Assembly: GCA_002633005.1 (NCBI GenBank) | Contig: NMRA01000985.1 | Coordinates: 1-36,470 of the forward strand | Reading direction: 5' to 3' | Length of the DNA stretch: 36,470 nt | DNA from: Phoronis australis | Taxonomy: Eukaryota; Animalia; Phoronida | Part shown: in pieces, positions 13,401-23,500 of the stretch | How the letters are laid out: the number at the start of each line of letters is the position of its first letter | Position numbering within the stretch: the stretch's first letter is position 1 | Translations under genes and position numbers: made by a program | The notes under the pieces: model-generated | What the model saw: only the letters and a program-made list of their open reading frames with translations | Database searches by the model: none | What the model was told of the DNA's origin: nothing

Positions 13401-14827
13401 TTATTACCAGTAATAGATGTCATGATGGGAAAATGGTATAATGTTTGATTACTCTTGTACTGTTCCAAATGTGCTCTAGCTTCAAAAAAGTAACATCACA
13501 GTTTTGATCATGACCATAGTTATAAACAACTTACTTTTGTCTCTCAGCTTACCACTGCTAGCTACAGCCACACTCTCGGGTGTTCTGACGATATGGGACG
13601 TTCCTACTCAGGTTGCTAGGCAGCAGTGTAAACATGAGTCCGGCATCACGCGACTCCAGTGGGAGGCAACGTCACCGCTTATCTACTCGACGACTCTAGA
13701 TGGCGTGGTACATCTGTGGGATTCGAGAAATGGCCAGAGGCAAGCTCAGTGGTTTGGACATACGGATGAAATTCTTGACCTTAGTGTCACAAGGTTAATT
13801 TCTTGTTTTCATATGTTTAAAACAGCTTATTATTTAAAATGACTTATTCTTATTAAAATGACATAGGCAAAAAATTGAATTTCAGGCCTCAAAAGCGAGG
13901 CCCCCTATATTAATATAGGCGGCCTCGCCGAAAGGCGGCCGGAGAGCGGGGCCTCTATATTAATATAGGAGGCGCCGCCGAAAGGCGGCCGGAGAGCGGG
14001 GCCTTTCGGCGGGGCCCCTATATTAATATGGAGGGCCCCGCCGAAAGGCCTCGCTTTTGAGGCCTGAAATTCAATTTTTTGCCTATGTCATTTTAATAAG
14101 AATAAGTCATTTTAAATAATAAGCTGTTTTATATTATTTGTCTAATATGGCCCTAATAAGGAGATCTTGCATACAACTGAGGTTCATTTTAGGATGGAAC
14201 CAACTTGTTTCATGTGTTTCTTATCATTTCTGATGTACGCGAGGGCAACATGCTAAAGGTATGCATGCGAGGGCCACATGCCAAACATATGCACGCGAGG
14301 GCCACATGCCATTCTGATGCATGCGAGGGCCACATGCCATTCTGATGCATGCGAGGGGCCACATGCCAAAGCTATGCGGTGCTCTTGTTTAGTATTGTGT
14401 ATAATATGTTATTATTAATAGGTCACAATTAGACACGGCAAATAATGTGAAGCTTACATGCAAACATATTTACAGTGACTAACGGGCTAACTGGTAGGTT
14501 GCTGATTGTTACAACAAAATTGTAGACTTCTGTCTAAAAGTCCACAAAAAAGTTGATCTGAATGAAATGTCTCTAGTTTTGGGAAAGTTGTACAAAAAAG
14601 TTGAGGAGAAGATCAGTAGAGGGATGATTGTAATTCTTAATAGAGAATCAGCCAGTAGTTTTTGCAGCTGTGAAATTTCATCAGTTTTTCAGTCAAATTT
14701 TTAAAAAATTTGTTCCAAGTTCTGATCATTTTCGTCTTTTCGTCATTGCAGAGATGGTAGCAAGCTGGTGACATCATCTTCTGACAAAACAGTGAGGGTG
14801 TTCAGTCTGGTCACCCCAGAGAGGTGA
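1300..14827 (+). CDS. AAMP: Angio-associated migratory cell protein (WD40 beta-propeller, yeast Sqt1 orthologue), 5'-partial; join(1300..1431,4511..4630,6473..6612,7836..7980,8306..8389,8769..8884,11211..11296,13548..13793,14752..14827)
   Basis: Nine GT-AG exons splice in one frame to TGA at 14825-14827. The protein contains AAMP-typical motifs: [69 protein letters not shown]-terminal ..PER*. The first coding exon was not found in the window. Confidence 0.95.
2072..4486. mobile_element. Non-autonomous Tc2/pogo-like (Tc1/mariner group) DNA transposon, 2415 bp
   Basis: 24-bp TIRs (ccgtaattgttcgggttaacgccc vs ccgtaatcgttcggcttaacgccc, 2 mismatches), TA on both sides, arrays of TTAA(C/G)CGCCC motifs at both ends. 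No transposase ORF recognised. Confidence 0.85.
4511..4630 (+). CDS. AAMP: AAMP exon ([40 protein letters not shown])
   Basis: gtttag / gtaggt, 120 nt, WD repeat. Confidence 0.95.
4633..4686. repeat. 27-bp direct duplication next to an AAMP splice donor
   Basis: aggtgatggcatacccatca(a/g)agcgac present twice. Confidence 0.8.
4994..5190 (+). pseudogene. THAP zinc-finger remnant (transposase N-terminus)
   Basis: Across stops and frameshifts it reads [15 protein letters not shown]...[18 protein letters not shown]...KYICS(x)HF, the C-x4-C...W...CSxHF THAP pattern. Confidence 0.7.
6109..6376 (-). pseudogene. Remnant of a second transposon ORF (SWIM-like N-terminal region)
   Basis: Fragments E.YVHH / [17 protein letters not shown] / C*YKAG followed by a gtaggt donor; frameshifts and stops. 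Confidence 0.45.
6473..6612 (+). CDS. AAMP: AAMP exon ([46 protein letters not shown])
   Basis: ttccag / gtaatg, 140 nt. Confidence 0.95.
6610..6884. repeat. 67-bp minisatellite x4 starting at an AAMP splice donor
   Basis: gaggtaatgca recurs at 6610, 6677, 6744 and 6811. Confidence 0.95.
7836..7980 (+). CDS. AAMP: AAMP exon ([48 protein letters not shown])
   Basis: tttcag / gtgagt, 145 nt. Confidence 0.95.
8306..8389 (+). CDS. AAMP: AAMP exon ([27 protein letters not shown])
   Basis: tgacag / gtatgc, 84 nt. Confidence 0.95.
8769..8884 (+). CDS. AAMP: AAMP exon ([38 protein letters not shown])
   Basis: ttgcag / gtgagt, 116 nt. Confidence 0.95.
8946..9068. repeat. Imperfect inverted repeat, probably an old MITE
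   Basis: ttgactt...caaccgactaagacatcagattagtc pairs with gaccaatcagatgtctttgtcagttg...aagtcaa. Confidence 0.55.
9082..9228 (+). mobile_element. Isolated 3' tail module of the SINE at 21487-21874 (5'-truncated SINE or partner-LINE 3' end)
   Basis: Near-identical to the reverse complement of about 21489-21635; also visible as the shared spurious [18 protein letters not shown]. Confidence 0.85.
9545..11037. mobile_element. Non-autonomous Tc2/pogo-like DNA transposon, 1493 bp
   Basis: 24-bp TIRs ccgtaa(a/c)ctcgcgggttaacgccc (1 mismatch), TA on both sides, TAA(G/T)CGCCC subterminal motifs, internal ~90-bp direct repeat at about 10240-10410. Confidence 0.88.
11211..11296 (+). CDS. AAMP: AAMP exon ([28 protein letters not shown])
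   Basis: ttttag / gtaggc, 86 nt, phase 0/2 fits both neighbouring exons. Confidence 0.9.
11625..11804 (+). mobile_element. Degraded left end of a Tc2-like element related to the copy at 35224, cut by the N at 11805
   Basis: Shares cgcttagaaaaattc...aagctag(g/a)attcatcaaatttacgctctgtgac...cctatgacag with 35252-35395. Confidence 0.7.
12011..12605. mobile_element. piggyBac-family MITE, 595 bp
   Basis: TTAA at 12007-12010 and 12606-12609; perfect 12-bp TIR cccttatcctgc / gcaggataaggg with canonical CCC..GGG ends. Confidence 0.9.
13548..13793 (+). CDS. AAMP: AAMP exon ([17 protein letters not shown]...[12 protein letters not shown])
   Basis: tctcag / gttaat, 246 nt, two WD motifs. Confidence 0.95.
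13818..14131. mobile_element. Foldback element/MITE with perfect 85-bp inverted arms and a GC-rich multi-hairpin core
   Basis: 13818-13902 is the exact reverse complement of 14047-14131. Confidence 0.85.
14228..14377. repeat. 28-bp minisatellite x5
   Basis: gcgagggccacatgcc core at 14239, 14267, 14295, 14323 and 14351. Confidence 0.9.
14752..14827 (+). CDS. AAMP: AAMP last coding exon ([24 protein letters not shown])
   Basis: ttgcag acceptor, in-frame TGA at 14825-14827. Confidence 0.93.
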
Positions 14828-14868
14828 TTGAAATGGAGTCATATAGCACAACCGTGACAACCGAGTAG

Positions 14869-15054
14869 ACTAGTGATGACCTACTAGTGATGACCTACTA
14901 GTGATGACCTACTAGTGATGACCTACTAGTGATGACCTACTAGTGATGACCTACTAGTGATGGCCTACTAGTGATGACCTACTAATGATGACCTACTGAT
15001 GATGACCTACTGATGATGACCTACTAGTGATGACCTACTAGTGATGACCTACTA
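14869..15054. repeat. 14-bp minisatellite (actagtgatgacct) x about 13 in the AAMP 3' UTR region
   Basis: Head-to-tail units starting about 40 nt after the stop codon. Confidence 0.97.
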
Positions 15055-16084
15055 TTAATTGTTTTAATTAACCAAACCAAATCACTGTTAGAAAATTCTC
15101 TCAGCTTTGTGCTTGGTGTATAAAACTTGGAAGATTTCTTCGTTGTCCAAGTTAGTAGCCTCACATGAAGAACATTCAACATTGAACGTTTTCAAAAACA
15201 GCGGCAGTGTGATGGGTACTAACATTGTTTCCCAGCTTGCATCTTTTATGAACCCCCAAGTGTGCTCACCTACAGGTTTGCTATTTAAGGAGATATTAGT
15301 GGCAAACTGTTTTGGCTTACATAGGCAATGAATATAGTGTGTATTATAAGGTATTTATGTTTCGTTTACTTTTATCTGTTAAGTTATATGTAATGTTAGC
15401 AAGGTTTGAGAACTTTGAGACTATGTTAGTTCTGCGGAAAAGATTTTGGGCTTTTTCATTCAAGATCGAATTTTGGTGGTTGAGTTAAGATATTGTGCTG
15501 GCTGGCTGTGATGTCGAAATCTTCATTACAGCGAACTCCAACTAATCCTCTTCTCAGCTGAAAAGTGACTCAAGGCTTTAAAAGTCATAAAGTTTGACTT
15601 GCGCTTCCGTGTCATAATTACGGAATTAGCATTTTGCCATGTTATTGTTAGCACATTACAGTTTGAATATAATTCATGATTATGTGGACACCTAGTACGT
15701 TTTCAGGGATCTTGTACTTTTACAGAGGTGAGATAAAAGTCATTTTCACTGGAATTTTGTTGGATTTCCATTGTGATGCAGGGCATTTGCACGTTGCAAA
15801 GGCACAAAGCACATAGGATCATGCAACTCCCTCTAGTGCTCAGGCACGGAACCAGCTTTGTCCTCTACTTGCTATGGGAAATGCAAAGGTTGAATTAACC
15901 AAGCTGGCCAGCTACAAGCGTTCTGTCTGGTTTGATTGGAAATTGCCGAGAATAGGAATTTTGTGCCTCAAATAATTAAAACAAAAAAGATATGTGAGTG
16001 TACGAATTGGACTTCAAAGAAGCTACAAACCTACAATAAGAAACTAACTTTTGATTTAGACCACTTGGTGTTGTTGTGAATCTG

Positions 16085-16314
16085 GGCCTATTCCAAGAAA
16101 ACTGATTTAGCCTAGACAAATCTTAAATGTCAGCCAATTTTAAGATAAAACTTAAAATTTGTATAGTCTGTTTTTAGTAAGAGATTTTAAGTACGAGTGT
16201 AGTTTTTTCCTATTTTTGACCAAGTTAATGGATGTGGAAGTTTCAAAATTTGGAAATTGAGACAAATCTTTAATAGTAAAAAATGAACTTAAGTCAGTTT
16301 CTTTGAGTGGGCCC
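16085..16314. mobile_element. PIF/Harbinger-like MITE
   Basis: Degenerate TIRs ggcctattccaagaaa / tttctttgagtgggccc, CTG duplicated on both sides; related to 31008-31468. Confidence 0.7.
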
Positions 16315-16983
16315 CTGCTCTAAAGTTGTTTCGTACTCACGAGTAGATCGATTCCTGGGCTTTGGAAAAACTGACCGTTAGCTATTGCTTGGGTCCAGGC
16401 TCCGTAACTCAGTTTTATTTTATGCATTGTAGAGCAATAACTAACTTTAAGAGGTCAGAATCACATCAGATCAGGTCAAAGAACACGTTGAGCCTAATTA
16501 TTATGTTTATTGTTAAGTGGCCAAAATCAAAAGTGGAATTTTTTCCAGAAAGCAAGATCGTGGCAGCTTTAATGAAACACGCAATTTTGTGACGTTAATT
16601 GGTGGCTATGTATTGGGTAATTTTAAATGTGATAACTGATGAATTTTTGATGAATGATGCATTAAAAATATAAGTAATTGAATGCAATTTAATATTGCAA
16701 GATGTTTTACTTTTGGCATATATTAAATTACACTGACTTACAGGACATGTACAGAACTTAATGGTAACAAATAGTCTGTGAATGGTTATTATGTTCTGCT
16801 GCGAGTTGCCATTTGCAACTGAATATCATTGGCTTAGCTTTACCTCCAACTTGATACATTTTCACACCTTTACAACAACAGCGCAGTTGTTGCCCCACAG
16901 TCTAGGTTTCACCAACAGAGTTTGAAATTTGAAAGATACCAATTACTTGTAATAGGAAACAGACTAACTAAAGCCTCTTGGCT

Positions 16984-17050
16984 AAAGGGTACATAAAGCT
17001 GAAGGGTACATATAGCTCAAGGATACATAAAGCTGAAGGGTACATAGAGC
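16984..17050. repeat. 17-bp tandem repeat x4
   Basis: aagggtacataaagctg units. Confidence 0.85.
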
Positions 17051-17742
17051 ATCTTCTGTAAACTGCATTTTGCCTGGCTAAGAAAATCTAATTAGGGCTA
17101 TTCTCCTAAGCCCACACGAGTGGAGGAAAGACATTGGTTGAAATATTGTCAATAAGACTTTAGGAAGACTCGCAAAATTAGTGTTAAATTCATGAAAATA
17201 CAACAATTATCGAAATAAATTAGCAGTTTTTGAGTTGGAAAAACCCACAGTTGAGTCATAATTGAGGTGAGATATATCAATTTAGAAGTAAGTTTACACC
17301 ATTATGAAGTACATGTTTACACCATTATGAAGTACATGTTTCTCAGCCATAGAATAATTCTTTTTAATTATTACAGTATTACTGTTTACAGGATAGCACA
17401 AGGTCAACAACCTCATATTTTACAGTAAATTCTCTCTTCGTAGCAGTCGTCTCATTTGACGCTCAGTTGAACTTGCAGCTCCGTGACCCCAAGCAAAAAC
17501 CACCCCCGTTTTATACGCACCAAAGACAACAAGATATTGATCACTAACATTTGTGTAAGACCACCGTAACTTCGTGCAGCTGGTCATGAAATCTCCATCA
17601 AATGCCGATTTGAAAGTTGAAGATTGTTTATTTTTTTCATTTATAGCATCACATACTATGCGTTGCATATTTCTTGTTTCAGTCTATTCATGTTCTCTCA
17701 TTGAGTGTGGGCCTATGCCACAGTTAATTCTAGGCAACTCTA

Positions 17743-17817
17743 TCATAGCCCTTTCATCTGTGCCATCAGATCGTCTAAACTTTGTTCTGTGTTTTCTACA
17801 GCTGGTCTATTGTCACC
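17743..17817 (-). CDS. UBA5: UBA5 last coding exon ([24 protein letters not shown])
   Basis: Polypyrimidine tract plus ttccag acceptor; in-frame TGA at 17745-17743. Confidence 0.92.
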   Translation of the reverse strand, partial: GDNRPAVENTEQSLDDLMAQMKGL

Positions 17818-20519
17818 CTGGAAAACAAAACAAATGTTCGTCTTGAATCAAGACTCTTATAGGCTGTGAGGTAAGAATACATGGATTGTACAACGTTGAC
17901 GCTGTGCACACAACGGGCTTCACAGTCTTGTCCTTCAGAACCGTCAGGAACGACTGAAATGCGTCACTCTGCATCCATGGATATTTATCCAGCTCATCCT
18001 ACTTTGAATTGGTATTGCAGCCCACGGCACAGCACTAATACTTTCCCGCCATGACTTAAATATGATAGAAAATACTAAGTATTCAGACGACAGATTCTAG
18101 GAGTGAAAGCGAGGCTGCTGAACAGGCTGCCTATCTGGAGACATGCCACTATTTCGTACCTTACTGCATGGGAGAGCGTTTCTATAGCAACCCCCTTTCT
18201 TACAGTACAAGAAGTACATTTCACTGTCGAGGAAATTGCCAGACCATTAAGGTTTGAACAGTCTTTCCAACTACGAGCTGGGCAGAATAAAAAAATTTCC
18301 CCATGAGTAATCCCGTGTTGAGAGGTTCCCATGAGTCATAATCAGGCGATCAGTACAACAAACCCTACCTTGCAGCCTAACCATGCTTGGTGTAGTGCAA
18401 AAGGAATCTGGCCACTTGCCGTAAAGGTTAAAGGTTATGTAGTTTCTAGAAAATGTCCACATTTGTGTGTAATGCAGCAAATGCACTTGAACACTGGAAC
18501 CCACAGTTGTTTTTTGCTTTCAAAAGAATTTATGTCAAATTCAATGTTAGGATTTAGATTTTATTTGCATGTTTCTTGTTCATTTTTAACAGAACATTTC
18601 GTCTTGAACCACTGTTAATATTTTTCAGTTGCATACCTCAGCACTTGAGACTGGTTTTGTGTAGGCCACAGTCACTCCCTCTACCAGCTGGGGTTTGTCC
18701 CCCTCGGCTTGTCTCAGTTCATCTTCTGTTGTCTCAGATACCAGCTCAATTCCTGTACATAAAATGATAGGAAAATCATTAACCCTCTGGTTTCTTTTAA
18801 AGTTCAACAGAAGAGTCTAGTCTGATGACTGGAAAGAATTCAGAAAACATATAATTTACAGTATCAACAGGGCATTCACAATTACCACCATCTTATTTTC
18901 ACCAATGTAACAAAATGTGCACTTTATGGAGGAATGGGTCAAGGCTTATTAGTTAGTGTTTTTAAATGGAAGGGAAATAGGCAATTACATCGCCTTGGAT
19001 ACCACAGGCATACAGGGGCGATAGTAAATCCCACAAAGTTACTAATTTCAAAATACAGAAAATAAAATCAAATGAAACATGCATAATATGCACATGGAGT
19101 TATAACTTGAACAAATCGATGAAATCTGTCGCAGTTTGCTTGAGTTTCTCTTACCAGGTGCCTTATTTTGAGGAAGTAACGTGACATCACACGCATTCAC
19201 GAATAAAAAGTCCAAGGGACACAAATCTTACAAATTTCACCTGATACCTTCCCATGCTATTTTGAAAGTGTCATGTGCCAGCGTCACGAGCTTCGCTCAG
19301 TCTCGCGCTAGCCTTTGCCTAAATCACATGACTCGGTTGAAATACTTTGTGGTTATCGCGCATGTGGTGAAAAACCTAACGATGACCAAAAAAGTGGAGT
19401 TGGAATTCTTTGCCAAAGTCACCTTAATTTTCGTAACTTAAGCTTCATGGAAGATATGTGTAGAAGTAGAAAGGACCACTGAAGAAAGTAAGCACTTTTC
19501 TAAGTGATAGTTTTAAGTGTGGAATGTATTTTTGATGAGGTGAAAACTCGTAATCGGTGGCCAGATTTGGCCTACCGCCCGTATAAAATACACCGGACGA
19601 AATTCGTACAGAAAGCGATGGGAAGTAATGTAGCCCCTTAACAGCCAACCGAGGGGCTACTTGTTGCCTAGAAAGGAAACAGCTTGTTAACTTGACAATA
19701 TGGCCATCATTGTCAAGACAGTCATTAAAGGCACAGGCCCATGGTTACAAATTCTTACATTACTTCAGTCACAAACGTAGACAAACCTCAGGCCAACGCG
19801 ACAGCTCACCAGCAATGCATTCTAATAGACAACAGCAGATTGGCAATGACATCATAAACATATGACGACTTTAATTAGTCGATGAGTGTCTGCAATGGCT
19901 GCGGCAACAGTGGCTACACAGAGTGGCACATTACAGTGGCGCATTTAGAGCAGGGCCAACGGGGCCATCCCCCCCCTAAAATTCTCCCCGATTCCACTTG
20001 GCAGTTCTGGGGTGAGAATGCCTGACTAATACTCTGTCCTGCCCTCCCCCCAACACAAAATCCTTGATCAGCCCCTGCATTATTGTATGGAATTGTCTTC
20101 AGCCTAGTCTGTCCTATATCAGCAACTGATGTTTGGGTATTGTGCAGACGATAAGAGCGTGGAATTGCAGCAAAGTGCTTTTGATCACATTAGATGAATG
20201 TTGTATGAACTTATACAATTTATGAAATTTGGAAAAGGGCAGGTCTTTTACTATTAACATGTAGAGCACAACTGACTCCACCCTCTTGTAATGACTGACG
20301 CAGCTTCAATGTAGATTTCCAGTGAAAAAGAAAGAATCTGACTGAAATTCAAAATGTCAGTTTTCAAAAAGGACCCCGCCACTTTTTCACAAAGTTAGCA
20401 GCAGAATAACGGTAGAATGGCAATTTTTTAGCACTGGTAACTAGTTCAGTTGACTCGAGGAAAAATGTAGTTTTTAATGACGAATGGGTGGACAGGGATG
20501 ATGGCATAATGCAGCCTCA

Positions 20520-20550
<31 letters not shown>

Positions 20551-23500
20551 CCACCTCCTTGTACTGACTGACAACTTCACCCTGGATTTTCGGTGAGAAA
20601 GAAAGCATCTGTCAAAACATAATTCTTGTGATTATTAAACAATGGAAATTGTACAACAAAAAACCTTTCAATTCCTGAATGGTATCTATCTGCAACAGTC
20701 CTATTCCTCAACTATTGTTAATCCATTTATAATTGGGGATCCTCAAACAAATACACCAGTCCTATTCCTGAACTATTGTTAATCCATTGAGGATCCTCAC
20801 ACAAAAAAGCCCTCCCCAAGAAGAGCTCCTGTGTGTGAGCCTTTCATAAATAAGATTTAATTAGGTGCTCATGGGGGTTCTCTTGGACCGCTGTGCTTAC
20901 CTAGCAACATACAAATGAATGGAGAATGTGAGCAAGACGTATGAAGAGCATGTCACAGTTCCAAGGAACAGTGAGTAACAGTGAGAAACGGCTATCTGAA
21001 GGGAAACCAACACATTTCTGCGAAAAAGTCTCTTCGAGGATTTAAGGACGCAAAATCAAATTCACCTGGTACATTCAAAGAACTATAGTCCCTTGGGGAT
21101 TGTCCGTGCAAGGCTTTACATTATGAATCCCAAAGCAATAGCGCCCTCTATAGATAGAACGACACACTTACCCCAGTCATTTTCTTCATGCACCACGGTA
21201 ACTTCTTCCGTTTTTACTTCCTCAACTTTTGGCTTGACTGCTTCTCGTTTCTGAAAAACAGACGTGACAATTTACTGCCGCGCTCAAATGCAGTTTTTAT
21301 CAAAAGGCTAAAAGGCTATAAGTGTTATTACATTCATAGAAAATTTATAGCAAAAGAGGTTAGTGCAAAATCACAAGGATCACTTTGTGAAACTGTTTGA
21401 AATCATGTTTTTGGAATGTGAGCTAGTAGTTCCATTTTGGAATGAAATACAAACATGGCTGTCAAATGTAGTAGGCTCTTAATGAATGATTTTTGATAGT
21501 TGAAAGTTGTTTTGAGTGATACCAACAACAAATTTATTTTAGAGATGTGATTAATTTGAGATTTAATCTGAGCCATAGCTATGAAATGCTTAAATATTGA
21601 CCACAAAACTCCATTGCAAGAGTCCATCCTTTGCAAAAAAAAAATAATTGCAGGCGGTCTGATACACGTTGTATCAGACGTGCGCAGGCCTCGCATGTGG
21701 GCCCATTGCACTGATCACCTGGAAATATTTTTATGCTTTATTAATATATGGTTAAAACCGAGCTGAGGAGCTAGAAACCTGGCTCAAGGCTTTAGCAGTG
21801 TGACCTGGTGGGACTTGAACCCACGACCTCGAGTAAAGAAAGCGGGCACTTATCAACCAGGCCACACTGCCTCCTGTCAAATGTAGTAGGCTATTAATGA
21901 ACTTTTATTAGTCGAGAAAATTGTACTGTTATTCGCATACTCAGGAGATTATTCGAGATTAATTACATGTTAATCCTAGCACAATACTGAACCTATCAAA
22001 TTAAAAAAATGCAGTTGACGTCAAGATATGGTAAAATGTGAAAGAGACGGCTTTTTAGAGACTCGCGTAGATTCACTTTAAATTGATGTCAAGCAGATCT
22101 GTGAAGTGTGAACGTAAGAGTCGATGGTTTTTCTTCCTCGCTTGTGTTGATGTCAAAATTTCTTTTATTTTGTAGAAAGAAATAATTTGCTTTTAAAATC
22201 AGACACACTGTATCAGTCACAACAACCAATTTCCGATGTCGTAAAAGCAATTACTACTTTTCTGGCGAATAAATATCGCCACCTATGCTAGCCAAATTAC
22301 CGAGTTAAGACCTTATAAATGGCATAATGTCAATTCGCTCTAATCTTGATGAGGAACAAGTTGGCCCAGTGCTTGTTGACATGAGGTATTAGTGACCATG
22401 CAAATTACAGACAACTGGTGCTTGACGCTTTTTAATTTATTTCTCAATAGTTCTGTATGCAATCACATAAAGCATCTGTGACCAACTGAAATTAATACAG
22501 AAAGTTAAATTTCATTACATAACATGACGTGGTTACGCATGATAACAATTATTATTAATTGCAGTATTGTATTGTACAACACAAATACCTGATGTTCTAA
22601 CTGCTGTTTTCTGCAGAATGTATCATCACAGCTAGGGTTGGGCTTCATACTCATGGTGGGGAAGAAATCCTGCAGAGAGTTGTAGCCCAAGTAGTGCGAG
22701 ACCTGACCAAACTTTAATAAATATCTGAAATAACAGAAAGTGCATGACTATGTATTTGTTATACACAGCAGCAGGGAGAAATCAATTACTCCCAGAACAT
22801 CTCCAAACAATAAGTAACAGATGCTAGGACAATTTTTGGGAATAAATGGCATTTCTGTAATACACACCAAAAGTATTCGGACCAAATGACATGTCATTCC
22901 CCATCAAAACATCTGNTACAACACAACATGGTTACGCATGATGACAATTATAATTAATTGCAGTATTGTATTGTACAACACAACATGATGTGGTTACGCA
23001 TAATAACAATTATAATTAATTGCAGTATTGTATTGTACAACACAACATGACGTGGTTACGCATGATGACAATTATTATTAATTGCAGTATTGTATTGTAC
23101 AACACAACATGATGTGGTTACGCATAATAACAATTATAATTAATTGCAGTATTGTATTGTACAACATAACATGATGTGGTTACGCATGATAACAATTATA
23201 ATTAATTGCAGTATTGTATTGTACAACACAACATGATGTGGTTACGCATGATAATAATTATAATTAATTGCAGTATTGTATTGTACAACACAAATACCTG
23301 ATTTTCCAACTGCTGTGTTCTGCACAATGTATCATCACAGCTAGGGTTGGGCTTCATACTCATGGTGGGGAAGAAATCCTGCAGAGAGTTGTAGCCCAAG
23401 TAGTGCGAGACCTGACCAAACTTTAATAAATATCTGAAATAACAGAAAGTGCATGACTATGTATTTGTTATACACAGCAGCAGGGAGAAATCAATTACTC

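Noticed and set aside
14869-15054. CRISPR-like array or snoRNA cluster
   Set aside because: Units are head-to-tail with no spacers, there are no properly spaced box D/terminal stems, and the context is eukaryotic with no cas genes.
17420-17668. 82-aa ORF just downstream of UBA5
   Set aside because: No recognisable domain or splice context; it lies in the presumptive 3' UTR and spans a likely poly(A) signal.
21760-21790. Hammerhead-like ctgagga-gcta-gaaac (also ctgatga..gaaa at about 18822)
   Set aside because: No stem II or stem III/NUH can be formed, and the motif is not conserved in the second SINE copy.
21800-21874. tRNA gene (A and B boxes on the minus strand)
   Set aside because: No convincing acceptor stem; it is followed by a SINE body and tail, flanked by TSDs and repeated at 31469-31634.
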